Assembly: GCA_017451485.1 (NCBI GenBank)
Contig: JAFTOG010000003.1
Location: forward strand, 3,959 to 67,958
Reading direction: 5' to 3'
Length of the DNA stretch: 64,000 nt
Origin: Clostridia bacterium
Lineage (GTDB): Bacteria; Bacillota; Clostridia; Oscillospirales; CAG-272
Part shown: in pieces, positions 1-11,384 of the stretch
How positions within the stretch are numbered: the stretch's first letter is position 1
How the letters are laid out: the number at the start of each line of letters is the position of its first letter
The notes under the pieces: generated by a model
Told to the model about the DNA's origin: nothing
The model's database searches: none
Seen by the model: only the letters and a program-made list of their open reading frames with translations
Translations under genes and position numbers: made by a program

Positions 1-282
1 TTTTGCAAGAGTATTTCCGGTACAGGGGGCAATAACCATAGCATCAAGGGCAATTTTAGGACCCAAGGGTTCTGCATCCACTATAGTGTGGACAACAGCT
101 CTGCCGGTCAGTGCCTCTACCCTGTCAATAAGCTCCCTTGCTTTACCGAAGCGTGTATCCGTTGAGTATACATTTTCACTCATTATTGGCAAAATATCAT
201 ATCCCTTATCCAAAAGTCCTTCCATTATCTCCAAGCTTTTCTTATGGGTACAGAAGGAGCCGCAAAAAGCATATCCTATCAT
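1..282 (-). CDS. dpaB: Dipicolinate synthase subunit B (flavoprotein), N-terminal part only; the rest lies beyond the window edge
   Basis: My own minus-strand translation from the ATG at 282 gives MIGYAFCGSFCTHKKSLEIMEGLLDKGYDILPIMSENVYSTDTRFGKA...APCTGNTLAK, which is DpaB/flavoprotein-like. The start overlaps the dpaA stop at 284. Confidence 0.8.
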   Translation of the reverse strand, partial: MIGYAFCGSFCTHKKSLEIMEGLLDKGYDILPIMSENVYSTDTRFGKARELIDRVEALTGRAVVHTIVDAEPLGPKIALDAMVIAPCTGNTLAK

Positions 283-283
283 A

Positions 284-1042
284 CTACTTTCCTTTCATAT
301 TCAAGCAAAGGTAAGAGTCTATCAGGTCAAATATTGCTTTTCCTGCTTCCTCAGGCATCATTCTTCCGGGTAGTGCCGGAGCCCTTACGGCTATGCCATC
401 ATCCTCAAAGCCTCCGGGAGCTGAGGCAAGCTCCATTACAAAAGCATCCCCCTTAAACCCGTTGCTTACGGATTTATCTACTATCCTATATGGCACGGTA
501 TTATAAACCAAATCTAAACTTTCTGCCGTTTTCAAAGAAAGCTCAGCTAAAATCCCCATTCCGTTCAAGGCGGCGTCAACTCTGCTCTCCTCCCGTCTTG
601 CGTAAACAAAAACAACGGCACCGAGGCTCTTAAGCGTAGATGCAAGATATTTTCCTATCCTGCCGTATCCTATAACAAGAGCTCTCTTACCATAAACAGG
701 TGATGTCAATCTCTCATAGGTCAGCTTAATCGCACATTGTGCCGTTATATATGCATTTTTAAGAAGATATGATTCATTTTCGGAATAATCGATAACTCTA
801 CCCTTAAAATAAGCCTTGATTTTTTCGCCCTGACCTGTAAATATAACTGTATCATCCCTCACTCTTGCTGCAAGACAGCGTAAATTTGCGTCATCATGCT
901 CAAGCCGTGGAGACAAAACAAGGGCGTCGGGATAATCGACATCCTCTATATCGCATATTTTACACAGGTATCCGTTTTTATCAAAAAGCTCCTTAGCATA
1001 GATAAATCTGTTATCCTTTGAAGCTATACATATTTTTTTCAT
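284..1042 (-). CDS. dpaA: Dipicolinate synthase subunit A (NAD-binding, SpoVFA-like)
   Basis: The ORF-track protein has a Rossmann motif (VIGYGRIGK) and a DpaA-like layout. I prefer the internal start MKKICIAS at 1042, which has a GAAGGAAGAG RBS, over the ORF-track start at 1081. Confidence 0.8.
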   Translation of the reverse strand: MKKICIASKDNRFIYAKELFDKNGYLCKICDIEDVDYPDALVLSPRLEHDDANLRCLAARVRDDTVIFTGQGEKIKAYFKGRVIDYSENESYLLKNAYITAQCAIKLTYERLTSPVYGKRALVIGYGRIGKYLASTLKSLGAVVFVYARREESRVDAALNGMGILAELSLKTAESLDLVYNTVPYRIVDKSVSNGFKGDAFVMELASAPGGFEDDGIAVRAPALPGRMMPEEAGKAIFDLIDSYLCLNMKGK

Positions 1043-1114
1043 AGCTCTTCCTTCACATAGATTATTGAGAAATACTCTCAATACATTCTATGTGGAAAAG
1101 CGAATTTTGTTATT

Positions 1115-1855
1115 TTATTTCTTATTTTCTGCAATAAGCATATTTATTTTGAAGCCCTTAGCACTGAAATTTCTTTCGTACTCGGTTTCAATGTTTACAT
1201 CATTCATATCCGATGCATGAAGATCATAAGTTTTATATTTCAAATCAAACCTTGACATTTCCACCTGCTCAAGAGAAAAATCGAAAAGCTCTCTGTTATC
1301 GGTTTTGAAGTGGAGCCTGCCACCGTCCTTAAGTATTCTTGAATACATATTAAGAAAGCCTATATGGGTAAGACGACGCTTTGCATATCCCTTTTTTCCC
1401 CAAGGGTCACAGAAGTTTATGTAAATAGCATCCACCGAATCATCGGGAAAATCCACGAGTAATGTTGATGCATCCCCGACGGTAAAGCGTACATTTCCTC
1501 TGTCGCAATCAAAAAAATCCACGCAGTCGCCTCCTAAGGGATATATTGTGCCATCAGGCTTCATCCATCCTCCGTTAGGTGCCATGTTTCCAAGTCCTCT
1601 TGACGATGCATATTTTTCCGTAGCTACTGTACATACATCGGAAATCTTCTCAATTGCCAAGTAGTTATATTCCGGCTCCTGAACGCTTTTTCCTCTTATA
1701 AAATCACCCTTGCCACAGCCTATCTCCACTCTTAAGGGATTTTCGTTACCGTAATACTCCGAGGGATTTTCTGCCACCTTAGCAGGCTCACCTGCCACAA
1801 GCTGAGAAAGTAACGCAATTCTCTCTGTTCCGTGACGCTTTTTTTTCATTCTCAT
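1115..1855 (-). CDS. trmB: tRNA (guanine-N7)-methyltransferase TrmB, carrying a ~30-aa internal insertion
   Basis: Motifs EIGCGKGDF, NFCDPWGKK..KRRL and FKTDN are present. Confidence 0.85.
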   Translation of the reverse strand: MRMKKKRHGTERIALLSQLVAGEPAKVAENPSEYYGNENPLRVEIGCGKGDFIRGKSVQEPEYNYLAIEKISDVCTVATEKYASSRGLGNMAPNGGWMKPDGTIYPLGGDCVDFFDCDRGNVRFTVGDASTLLVDFPDDSVDAIYINFCDPWGKKGYAKRRLTHIGFLNMYSRILKDGGRLHFKTDNRELFDFSLEQVEMSRFDLKYKTYDLHASDMNDVNIETEYERNFSAKGFKINMLIAENKK

Positions 1856-1957
1856 ATTGATATTTTCTCCGTTATTTGTTAAAATAATATTATATATTGA
1901 CTATTTTACCACAAATTTTCAAAAAAATCCATACTTATTTTTAACGGAGGAAAAATT

Positions 1958-2215
1958 ATGAAATATGTATATAACACCAAGGGCACCTGCTCAACCCAGA
2001 TATCCTTTGAGCTGAATGACGGTATTGTATCAAATGTAAGCTTTGTTCGTGGATGCAACGGTAATCTTAAGGCTATCGGAAGGCTGGTTGAGGGAATGGA
2101 GGCTGAAAAGCTTATCTCTATTCTTAAAGGAAACAGCTGTGGTATGAGATCTACCTCCTGTGCTGACCAGCTTGCTATTGCTGTGGAAAACGCATTAAAG
2201 GAGCAGGCTGAATAA
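1958..2215 (+). CDS. Small TSCPD-domain protein (TIGR03905-like 4-Cys family)
   Basis: An 85-aa ORF with a GGAGG RBS. It contains the TCS...C..N and STSCADQLA motifs. Its stop lies 2 nt before the polA start. Confidence 0.65.
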   Translation: MKYVYNTKGTCSTQISFELNDGIVSNVSFVRGCNGNLKAIGRLVEGMEAEKLISILKGNSCGMRSTSCADQLAIAVENALKEQAE

Positions 2216-2217
2216 TA

Positions 2218-4734
2218 ATGAAAAATTTTCTAATAATAGACGGTAACAGTATTATAAACCGTGCGTATTACGGTATCCGTCCCCTTTCCAATAAGGAAGG
2301 GGTGCCTACCAACGCCATATTCGGTATGATATCTATTCTTAAGAAGCATATGGATAATCTCAAGCCGGATTACGCCGTCGTTGCCTTTGATGTGAGGGCA
2401 AAAACCTTCCGTCACAAGGCCTGTGATTTTTATAAGGCTACAAGAAAGGGTATGCCCGACGATCTTGCTATACAGCTCCCTTATGCAAAAAAATGCCTTG
2501 AATACTGGGGATTTAATGTTATTGAGCTTGAGGGCTATGAGGCTGATGACCTTATAGGAACTGCATCAAGACTTGGAGAGGCAGACCCGGATATCCATTC
2601 CTATGTTCTGACAGGAGACCGTGATTCCTTACAGCTTATTACCGACAGCTGTTCTCTTATCCTTGTTAAAACAAAGGAGGATATTGTATACACCCCTGAA
2701 AAATTTGCCGAGGACTACGGTGTAACCCCCACCCAATACATAGATGTAAAGGCTATAATGGGTGACTCATCCGATAACATCCCGGGTGTCACAGGAATTG
2801 GTGAGAAGGGTGCCTTTAAGCTTATTTCCGACTTTGGCTCACTTGATAAAATATACGAAGAGTACGAGTCCTCCTCACTTTCACCATCTATGAAGGAAAA
2901 GCTTAAAAACGGCAAGGAAATGGCATATACATCAAAATTTCTGGCTACTATTGTATGTGACGCACCAATAAATAAGGCTATAGAGGATTTTGAATACCGT
3001 GGCATAGACAATGATAAGCTCTATGATTTCTTTACCGAAATGAATTTTGAATCCTTTATAAAGAAATTCTCACTGCTCCCCTCTCTTTCCGATTTTGAGG
3101 ATTTTGACACCACAGAAACCACAGATTCCAAAGATGAGCCACTTGCTCCACCTGTCAAAATTGATACATTAGAGGGTATAAAGGGAGAAAAAATAGCTGT
3201 ATATATTTACAATGACAGACTATATGCATACTCGGAAAAATACAATATTATTTGTGAAAACAGCGATTACAATGACTTTTTTACAAGCAATGATATTATA
3301 TGCTATGATGTAAAATCCATCCTTAAGGAAAGGGAGATAAATTGCATATTCGATGTAATGCTCGGTGCATATGTTGTTTCCCCATCCGATTCATCATACT
3401 CAATGGAAAAGCTGTGCACAGCATACCTTGATATGGATTTTACTCCGGAGTATTCAGCTATTCTTCTTTACATGTTATATAAGAAGCTTGATGCAAGACT
3501 TACTGAAACGGATACAAAGCATATCCTTACAGATATTGAAATTCCTCTGGCTATGGTGCTTTCTTCTATGGAGAAGGAAGGCTTCAAGGTAGATGTGGAG
3601 GGATTAAAATCCTATTCGGAGCAGCTCCTTGCCTTAGCCTCCTCCCTTAAGGAACGCATATATATGCTTGCAGGAGAGGAATTTAATATAAATTCCCCCG
3701 CCCAGCTCAGTGAGATTCTGTTCGATAAAATGGGACTTAAGCACGGAAAGAAAACAAAGACCGGCTACTCCACAGATGCCACCGTGCTTGAAGAGTTACG
3801 GGGAGAATCAGATATAATTCAAGAAATACTTGACTACCGTCAGGTAATGAAGCTTAACAGCACATACTGTGAGGGACTTGTAAAGGTTGCAGATGAGAAT
3901 AATAAGATACACACAACCTTTAACCAGACGGTTGCCGTTACCGGCAGACTTTCCTCCACAGAGCCAAATCTACAGAATATTCCCATAAGGACTGAGCTTG
4001 GCAGAAACTTCCGTAAATATTTCATTACAAAAAGTGATGATTATGTTCTTGTAGATGCCGACTACTCCCAAATCGAGCTTAAGGTCCTTGCCCATTTGTC
4101 TAACGATGTTAATATGAAATATGCATTTAACTCCGGCACGGATATCCATGCTGTTACCGCCTCCCAGATTTTCGGAGTTGATATAAGCGATGTTACATCC
4201 GAAATGAGAGGCCGTGCCAAAACAGTTAACTTCGGTATCGTATACGGTATGGGTGAGCATTCCTTATCGAAGGACCTCCATATCAGCTATAAGGAGGCAA
4301 AGAATTATATAAATTCTTATTTTGCTACCTATCCCGATGTGCACGCCTACATCCGTGCTCTCATAGAAAGTGCAACGGAAAAGGGCTATGCTAAAACCAT
4401 GCACGGCAGAATCCGTTATATACCCGAGCTTAAGGCGTCCAACAGGAATGTAAAGGCATTCGGAGAAAGAGTTGCAATGAACAGCCCTATCCAGGGTACT
4501 GCAGCTGATATAATCAAGATAGCTATGATAAATGTCAGCCGTGCACTAAAGAAAGCCAAAATAGATGCCAAGCTCATATTACAGGTACACGATGAGCTTA
4601 TAATCGAGTCACATAAAAGCTGTGCTAACGAGGCAAGGGAGATTTTGAAGCGTGAGATGGAAAACGCAGTAAAGCTCTCTGTTCCCCTTACAGCACAAAT
4701 ATCCGTAGGAGAAAATTGGTTCGATGCTAAATAA
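2218..4734 (+). CDS. polA: DNA polymerase I
   Basis: The protein has an N-terminal 5'-3' exonuclease domain (IIDGNS..RAYY, GDSSDNIPGV) and a family-A polymerase C-terminus (DYSQIELKVLAH, QVHDELI). Confidence 0.95.
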   Translation: MKNFLIIDGNSIINRAYYGIRPLSNKEGVPTNAIFGMISILKKHMDNLKPDYAVVAFDVRAKTFRHKACDFYKATRKGMPDDLAIQLPYAKKCLEYWGFNVIELEGYEADDLIGTASRLGEADPDIHSYVLTGDRDSLQLITDSCSLILVKTKEDIVYTPEKFAEDYGVTPTQYIDVKAIMGDSSDNIPGVTGIGEKGAFKLISDFGSLDKIYEEYESSSLSPSMKEKLKNGKEMAYTSKFLATIVCDAPINKAIEDFEYRGIDNDKLYDFFTEMNFESFIKKFSLLPSLSDFEDFDTTETTDSKDEPLAPPVKIDTLEGIKGEKIAVYIYNDRLYAYSEKYNIICENSDYNDFFTSNDIICYDVKSILKEREINCIFDVMLGAYVVSPSDSSYSMEKLCTAYLDMDFTPEYSAILLYMLYKKLDARLTETDTKHILTDIEIPLAMVLSSMEKEGFKVDVEGLKSYSEQLLALASSLKERIYMLAGEEFNINSPAQLSEILFDKMGLKHGKKTKTGYSTDATVLEELRGESDIIQEILDYRQVMKLNSTYCEGLVKVADENNKIHTTFNQTVAVTGRLSSTEPNLQNIPIRTELGRNFRKYFITKSDDYVLVDADYSQIELKVLAHLSNDVNMKYAFNSGTDIHAVTASQIFGVDISDVTSEMRGRAKTVNFGIVYGMGEHSLSKDLHISYKEAKNYINSYFATYPDVHAYIRALIESATEKGYAKTMHGRIRYIPELKASNRNVKAFGERVAMNSPIQGTAADIIKIAMINVSRALKKAKIDAKLILQVHDELIIESHKSCANEAREILKREMENAVKLSVPLTAQISVGENWFDAK

Positions 4735-5602
4735 AACATTTAAGCGACACGCCTACGGTAAAATCAACCTATATCTTGATGTTCTGGATAAGCGAAGCGA
4801 CGGTTATCACAACATCAGATCCGTTATGCAGACTGTTTCACTCTGCGATACTATATCCCTGTCAATCGAGCCAAGTGAGGAAAATGTAATTAATATTACC
4901 TGCTCTGACCCGTCAATAGCATGTGACAGCTCTAATCTGGTTTACAAGGCAGGAATGGCTTTTTTATTAAAATACCGGGGCAAGTGTATGATTTTTAATT
5001 TTCACATAGAAAAAAACATACCTGTTTCCGCTGGAATGGCAGGAGGAAGTGCCGATGCCTCGGCTGTCCTTCATCTGATGAATGAGGTATATGGTTATCC
5101 CTATTCCGAGGACGAGCTGTGTGAAATAGGCTCCCATGTGGGTGCAGATGTTGCATTTTGTGTTAAGGGCGGCACCTGTATTTGCGAGGGAATCGGTGAA
5201 ATTCTCACACGCCTCCCTACATTTTCCGGTTTTACTTTAGTTTACGCTAAGGATTGCTCATCTGTTTCCACTCCGTCTGCATTTCGGATGTTAGATGAAA
5301 AATACGGTATTCAATGTGCTGACTCCTCCGATATAAACAAGGTAGTAAGCTCCGTTATTAAAAAGGATTTGTACGGTGTATGCTCCTCTCTTTACAACAA
5401 GTTTGAAAGCGTAATTCTTCCTATCAATCAAGGAGTAGAATTTATTAAAAACAAGCTTGTCGAGTACGGTGCTATTGGAACACTGATGAGTGGAAGCGGC
5501 CCCTCTGTCTTTGCTATTTTTGATAATGAGATAAAGGCACATATGGCGTCCGATGAGCTGAACGCCAACAAAATTCGAGCAGGAGTGTGCAAAACAATTT
5601 AA
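4724..5602 (+). CDS. ispE: 4-diphosphocytidyl-2-C-methyl-D-erythritol kinase
   Basis: The GHMP kinase motif PVSAGMAGGSADASA and an AYGKINLYLDV N-terminus are present. It overlaps polA by 11 nt. Confidence 0.9.
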   Translation: MLNKTFKRHAYGKINLYLDVLDKRSDGYHNIRSVMQTVSLCDTISLSIEPSEENVINITCSDPSIACDSSNLVYKAGMAFLLKYRGKCMIFNFHIEKNIPVSAGMAGGSADASAVLHLMNEVYGYPYSEDELCEIGSHVGADVAFCVKGGTCICEGIGEILTRLPTFSGFTLVYAKDCSSVSTPSAFRMLDEKYGIQCADSSDINKVVSSVIKKDLYGVCSSLYNKFESVILPINQGVEFIKNKLVEYGAIGTLMSGSGPSVFAIFDNEIKAHMASDELNANKIRAGVCKTI

Positions 5603-5625
5603 CTGCGACAATTTTCAAAATCCTG

Positions 5626-7164
<1,539 letters not shown>

Positions 7165-7170
7165 GTAATT

Positions 7171-7205
7171 AAGTCCTTGCACTTTCCCGTGCAAGGACTT
7201 CTTTT
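7171..7205 (+). terminator. Intrinsic terminator after guaB
   Basis: Hairpin AAGTCCTTGCAC/GTGCAAGGACTT followed by CTTTT. Confidence 0.7.
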
Positions 7206-7270
7206 ATATCATTCAAATGTGATGCTAATATGATAAAACAATGATTTATTATATTTTTTGTGAAATTCTA

Positions 7271-7299
7271 TTGACTAAATTGGCAAAATAAGATACAAT
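7271..7299 (+). promoter_or_regulatory. SigA-type promoter of the AI-2E transporter gene
   Basis: TTGACT, a 17-nt spacer and TACAAT. Confidence 0.5.
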
Positions 7300-7334
7300 A
7301 CATAGTAAATAAATTTACTCGGGAGAAATTATAA

Positions 7335-8960
7335 ATGTTCAAAAAATACAAGAATCATAAATACGCATCTATTGCATTTCACGCATTTCTTGTCATCCTC
7401 CTAAGTGTAGCTTTGATTTTTACCCTTGTTTATATCAAGGAAATATGGGAATATATAGGTAACCTTTTAGGTGCAGTAGCAGCATTTATTTATGGCTTTG
7501 CCATAGCTTATCTATGTAATCCTATATACAAGAGGATGCACACCTATGTTTTTGCCTTTATCGAAAAGAAAAAGGCACGGCCGAAGCTGAGAAAGACCTT
7601 CTCTCTCATATGCACATATATTGTATTCTTCGGCTTTATTGCAATAATTGTGTTTGCCCTCATTCCTTCTATCGGAGGAAGTGTAGATAAATTTGCCAAG
7701 GGATTCAGTGGATATATTGCTGATTTGCAAACATCCTTGGAGAGTCTCCTTAATACTCTTTCAATCAATATTCCTATCTTCAATTCCGATGATGTTGTTA
7801 AGATTTTTACAGATATTTTCTACAAAGACGGTAAGCTTATAATCTGGGATTATCTTATTCCTGCAGGAGAGGCTATTATTTTCACTGCTACAAGTATCGT
7901 AAGACATGTAGTATATTTTGCAATCGGTCTTATACTTTCTGTATACTTCCTTATGTATAAGCAGTCCATGACAGCAAAGGTAAGAAAGCTTTTCTGTGCT
8001 ATATTTTCCAAAAAGACTTATCAGCGTATCTGTGATTTCGCAGTATATACCGATAAGACATTTGGTAGATACCTTATGGGTGCAGCACTTGACTCCCTAC
8101 TTGTTGGGACCATCGTTGTAGTTGTATTATCCATCCTTGGATACGAGTTTGCGGCCCTTATCGGAGTAATTGTGGGAATTACCAATATTATTCCCTTCTT
8201 CGGTCCGTTCCTTGGTGCTGTTCCGTCAGCCTTTATCATTTTGATTGCAGACGGATTTGTAGAAATGATTATTTTCATAGCTATAATACTTGTGCTCCAG
8301 CAGATAGACGGTAATATCATTAACCCCCATATAGTTGGTGCTACAACAGGACTTACTCCTATAGGTGTTATCGCAGCAGTAACCGTATGCTCCCATATTT
8401 TCGGATTTCTTGGAATGGTTATCGGTGTTCCCCTTTGTGCGGTTCTTACTTATATGGTATCTGTGGTACTTGATAAACGCTTAAAAACAAAAAATCTTCC
8501 CTCAGATACAAAGCTATTTAAAAACAAGGATATTTATTCAAACGAAGCATTTATTGCTGCTTCCCTTGAGGTAGAGGCTATGAACATCCTTGAAAAGCAG
8601 AAGAAAGAGGAAGAGCTCAAGCAAGAGGAGCAAGAGCATAATAAGGCTATTTCTATCAAGCATGATGAGCTTATGTATGTTCTTACTCATCCAGATGAAT
8701 TTGCTAAAGATGCTCCCGTCACGGAGGTTCTCACAGATGCTCAGACAGATACTCTGACAGAGGTTCCCGCTTCTGAGGAAGTTAAATCCACATCTAAATC
8801 CACATCTAAATCAAAGACTAAATCCAAATCAAAGTCCAGGTCCAAGACTAAATCCAAATCGAAGTCCAAGACTAAGACTAAGCCAAAGAATTACACACCC
8901 TTGGCTGATGTACCTGATATTGATGAGGGTGATGATGACGACGATTACCTCGACGACTGA
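7335..8960 (+). CDS. AI-2E (PerM/YhhT) family transporter with a long low-complexity C-terminal tail
   Basis: The core is multi-TM and contains NIIPFFGPFLGAVP. The last ~130 aa are soluble and end in K-S/K-T repeats followed by an acidic run. Confidence 0.75.
   Translation: MFKKYKNHKYASIAFHAFLVILLSVALIFTLVYIKEIWEYIGNLLGAVAAFIYGFAIAYLCNPIYKRMHTYVFAFIEKKKARPKLRKTFSLICTYIVFFGFIAIIVFALIPSIGGSVDKFAKGFSGYIADLQTSLESLLNTLSINIPIFNSDDVVKIFTDIFYKDGKLIIWDYLIPAGEAIIFTATSIVRHVVYFAIGLILSVYFLMYKQSMTAKVRKLFCAIFSKKTYQRICDFAVYTDKTFGRYLMGAALDSLLVGTIVVVVLSILGYEFAALIGVIVGITNIIPFFGPFLGAVPSAFIILIADGFVEMIIFIAIILVLQQIDGNIINPHIVGATTGLTPIGVIAAVTVCSHIFGFLGMVIGVPLCAVLTYMVSVVLDKRLKTKNLPSDTKLFKNKDIYSNEAFIAASLEVEAMNILEKQKKEEELKQEEQEHNKAISIKHDELMYVLTHPDEFAKDAPVTEVLTDAQTDTLTEVPASEEVKSTSKSTSKSKTKSKSKSRSKTKSKSKSKTKTKPKNYTPLADVPDIDEGDDDDDYLDD
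8784..8888 (+). repeat. Imperfect 6/12-nt tandem repeat encoding (K-S/T)n
   Basis: Reiterated aaatccacatct / aaatccaaatc(a/g)aagtcc units translate to STSKSTSKSKTKSKSKSRSKTKSKSKSKTKTK. Confidence 0.8.
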
Positions 8961-8982
8961 ACAGAGTTACTATAAAAGATAC

Positions 8983-9013
8983 GGGACTGTCCAAAAAAGG
9001 CAGTCCCAATTTT
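8983..9013 (+). terminator. Intrinsic terminator after the AI-2E gene
   Basis: Hairpin GGGACTG-loop-CAGTCCC followed by AATTTT. Confidence 0.65.
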
Positions 9014-9048
9014 AATAAAAATTTACAATAAATATTTTTATATCGTAC

Positions 9049-9077
9049 TTGACTTTGGTTTTTGAATATGCTATACT
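9049..9077 (+). promoter_or_regulatory. SigA-type promoter of the SRP RNA
   Basis: TTGACT, a 17-nt spacer and TATACT. Confidence 0.55.
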
Positions 9078-9103
9078 ATTGAGGATATAAAATTATATAA
9101 AAA

Positions 9104-9406
9104 CAAGTTGTGATATAAGGTCATACTAGCTGGGGCGGTAGCGGTGCCCTGTACCTGAAATCCGCTATATGCAGGGGTGAATCCTAATCTGAGGACTGTT
9201 TTTGTGTGGTCTGCGCCTTTAATGAATGTGATGACGAATGAGTCTTGCGCAATTTTCGGCTGTGAACCGTGTCAGGTGGGGGACCAAGCAGCACTAAGCA
9301 GTTTTGAAGATGTGCCGCAAGGGCACTTGTTCCGAGCAAACATTACTGGTTTGCGCATGTAAGGGCAGCTCGAATTTTAGGTGTATGATCTTATATGACA
9401 GCTTGT
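9104..9406 (+). ncRNA. ffs: Signal recognition particle RNA, long Bacillus-type form with an Alu domain
   Basis: An Alu-domain-like stretch GGGCGGTAGCGGTGCCCTGTACC..AATCCGCT..GCAGGGGTGAATCC is present. The S-domain core is GAACCGTGTCAGGT....AAGCAGCACTAAG and GTGCCGCAAGG. The terminal helix pairs 9104-9120 with 9390-9406. The gene sits immediately 5' of dnaX, as scr does in B. subtilis. The ends are approximate. Confidence 0.88.
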
Positions 9407-9453
9407 TTTTATTTTATGAATAATTTGAACTATAAAAACCAAGGAGGAGCAAA

Positions 9454-11019
9454 ATGCATCAGGCTTTATACAGAAAATACCGTCCCACTGTCTTTGACGA
9501 TGTATCGGGACAGGAGCATATCACTTCAATTTTAAGATACGAAGCCCTGCACGGCTCCGTTTCCCATGCTTATCTTTTCGCAGGCTCCAGAGGTACGGGT
9601 AAAACCACCTGTGCAAAGATACTTGCAAAGGTTGTAAACTGTCTCGACCCCATTGACGGAAACCCCTGTAATGAATGTGAAAACTGTCTTGCCATAGACT
9701 CAGGTACAGCTACGGATGTTGTGGAAATGGACGCTGCAACAAACACAGGTGTAGACTATATCCGTGATCTTCGTGACAGCGTAATGTACACTCCGGCTAT
9801 GCTGAAAAAAAGAGTGTATATTATTGACGAGGCACATATGCTTTCCGACAGTGCCTTCAATGCTCTGCTCAAGACAATTGAAGAGCCCCCGGATCATGTT
9901 TTATATATTTTTGCAACTACTGAGCCACATAAAATTCCGGCTACCATTATCTCAAGATGTCAGCGATTTGAATTTCGCCGTATTTCTATATCCGACCTTT
10001 CGGAGAGACTTATGTATATTGCCTCCGAGGAGGGTATTGATTTAAGTGAGGAGGGATCTGCTCTTATTGCCAAGACAGCACAGGGTGGTATGCGTGATGC
10101 TATTTCTCTTATGGAGCTTTGTGCAGGCTCGCACAAGCATATCAGTGCCGAGCTTGTAAATGAAATACTCGGTACAAGTCCCTACGAAAAAATGTGTGAT
10201 GTTGCAACAGCTATAGCAAATAAGAATTACGCTATGATTTTCAAAATCATAAACGATATAGTAATCTCCTCGAAGGACCTCCTTGTATTCTTCTCCGATC
10301 TCACATCATTCTACCGTGATATGACGGTACAGAAATCATCGGGGACATCCGATTATCTTGATTTATCACAGCAGGAATACAAGCAACTTTGTGAGGTGAG
10401 TGCTATGTTCGATATGGCAACTCTTCTCTATCATTCCCGTCTTATTGACGAGGCATATACTAATATGATGAGAAATCCCACAGGAAAGCGACTTACAGCT
10501 GAGCTTACATTAATGAAAATGTGTGATTCCAAGCTGTCAACCTCTACAGATGCACTGTTAGCAAGAATAACTGCCCTTGAAAACAAGCTTGCTCTTATCT
10601 CCAAGGGGGTTACACCCACAGAGGATTCTCCTAAGCAAGCAGAAAATAAGCCGATAAGCACAGATTCCAAGGATATAACAAAGGTAAAAAGCGTAAAACA
10701 GGAAATTAAGCAAGCTCCAATCCAGCCATTAGCTGTAAGGATAGATAATTGGAATGAAATTATAGCTAAGGTGGGAGAATCAGACCACGCCGTAGAAAGC
10801 TTCTTAAAGAGCTGTAAATGCTCTTTTAATGAGGCGGACGGAACATATAGAGTTGTATCCGCCCATAAGCTTATGGCTACTATGCTCGACAGCCCGAAAA
10901 ACAAGAGAGTGCTGTTTGACGCTATGGTATGCTGTGAGATGGATATCGACTCCCCCGAGCAAATAAAAATATCATTTGAGGACAACAAGGTACAGAACTC
11001 TGACCTTGATGAATTCTAA
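9454..11019 (+). CDS. dnaX: DNA polymerase III subunit gamma/tau
   Basis: The N-terminus is ALYRKYRP..F..V.GQ. Walker A is GSRGTGKTT, and the zinc module C..C..C and the SRCQRF motif are present. Confidence 0.95.
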   Translation: MHQALYRKYRPTVFDDVSGQEHITSILRYEALHGSVSHAYLFAGSRGTGKTTCAKILAKVVNCLDPIDGNPCNECENCLAIDSGTATDVVEMDAATNTGVDYIRDLRDSVMYTPAMLKKRVYIIDEAHMLSDSAFNALLKTIEEPPDHVLYIFATTEPHKIPATIISRCQRFEFRRISISDLSERLMYIASEEGIDLSEEGSALIAKTAQGGMRDAISLMELCAGSHKHISAELVNEILGTSPYEKMCDVATAIANKNYAMIFKIINDIVISSKDLLVFFSDLTSFYRDMTVQKSSGTSDYLDLSQQEYKQLCEVSAMFDMATLLYHSRLIDEAYTNMMRNPTGKRLTAELTLMKMCDSKLSTSTDALLARITALENKLALISKGVTPTEDSPKQAENKPISTDSKDITKVKSVKQEIKQAPIQPLAVRIDNWNEIIAKVGESDHAVESFLKSCKCSFNEADGTYRVVSAHKLMATMLDSPKNKRVLFDAMVCCEMDIDSPEQIKISFEDNKVQNSDLDEF

Positions 11020-11042
11020 TACTTAGAAAGGCGGTATAAATT

Positions 11043-11384
11043 ATGAAAGCAATAGTTCCTAAGGGACCAAGCATGAACGAAATGTTGAAGCAGGCTCAGA
11101 AAATGCAGGAGGATATGCAGAAAAAACAGGCTGAGCTTGAGGAAAAGGAGTATGAGATTTCCGCAGGTGGTGGTGTAGTAAAGGTAAAAATCAACGGTAA
11201 GCGTGAGATTTTAGCTATTGATATTGCACCTGAAATTGTAGACCCCGACGATATCGAAACACTTTCTGATATTATGGTAGCAGCAGTAAATGAGGCTATT
11301 AAGAAGGTTAATGCAGACTCCGATTCCGAAATGCAGAAGCTTACAGGCGGTATGGGCGGCTTCGGTATGCCCGGATTATTCTGA
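11043..11384 (+). CDS. ybaB: YbaB/EbfC nucleoid-associated protein
   Basis: A 113-aa ORF with MLKQAQKMQEDMQK and GGGVVKV motifs, in the conserved position between dnaX and recR. Confidence 0.9.
   Translation: MKAIVPKGPSMNEMLKQAQKMQEDMQKKQAELEEKEYEISAGGGVVKVKINGKREILAIDIAPEIVDPDDIETLSDIMVAAVNEAIKKVNADSDSEMQKLTGGMGGFGMPGLF

Noticed and set aside
9177-9362. 61-aa ORF in the region between the AI-2E gene and dnaX
   Set aside because: It lies entirely inside the SRP RNA, whose conserved Alu and S-domain motifs explain the sequence.
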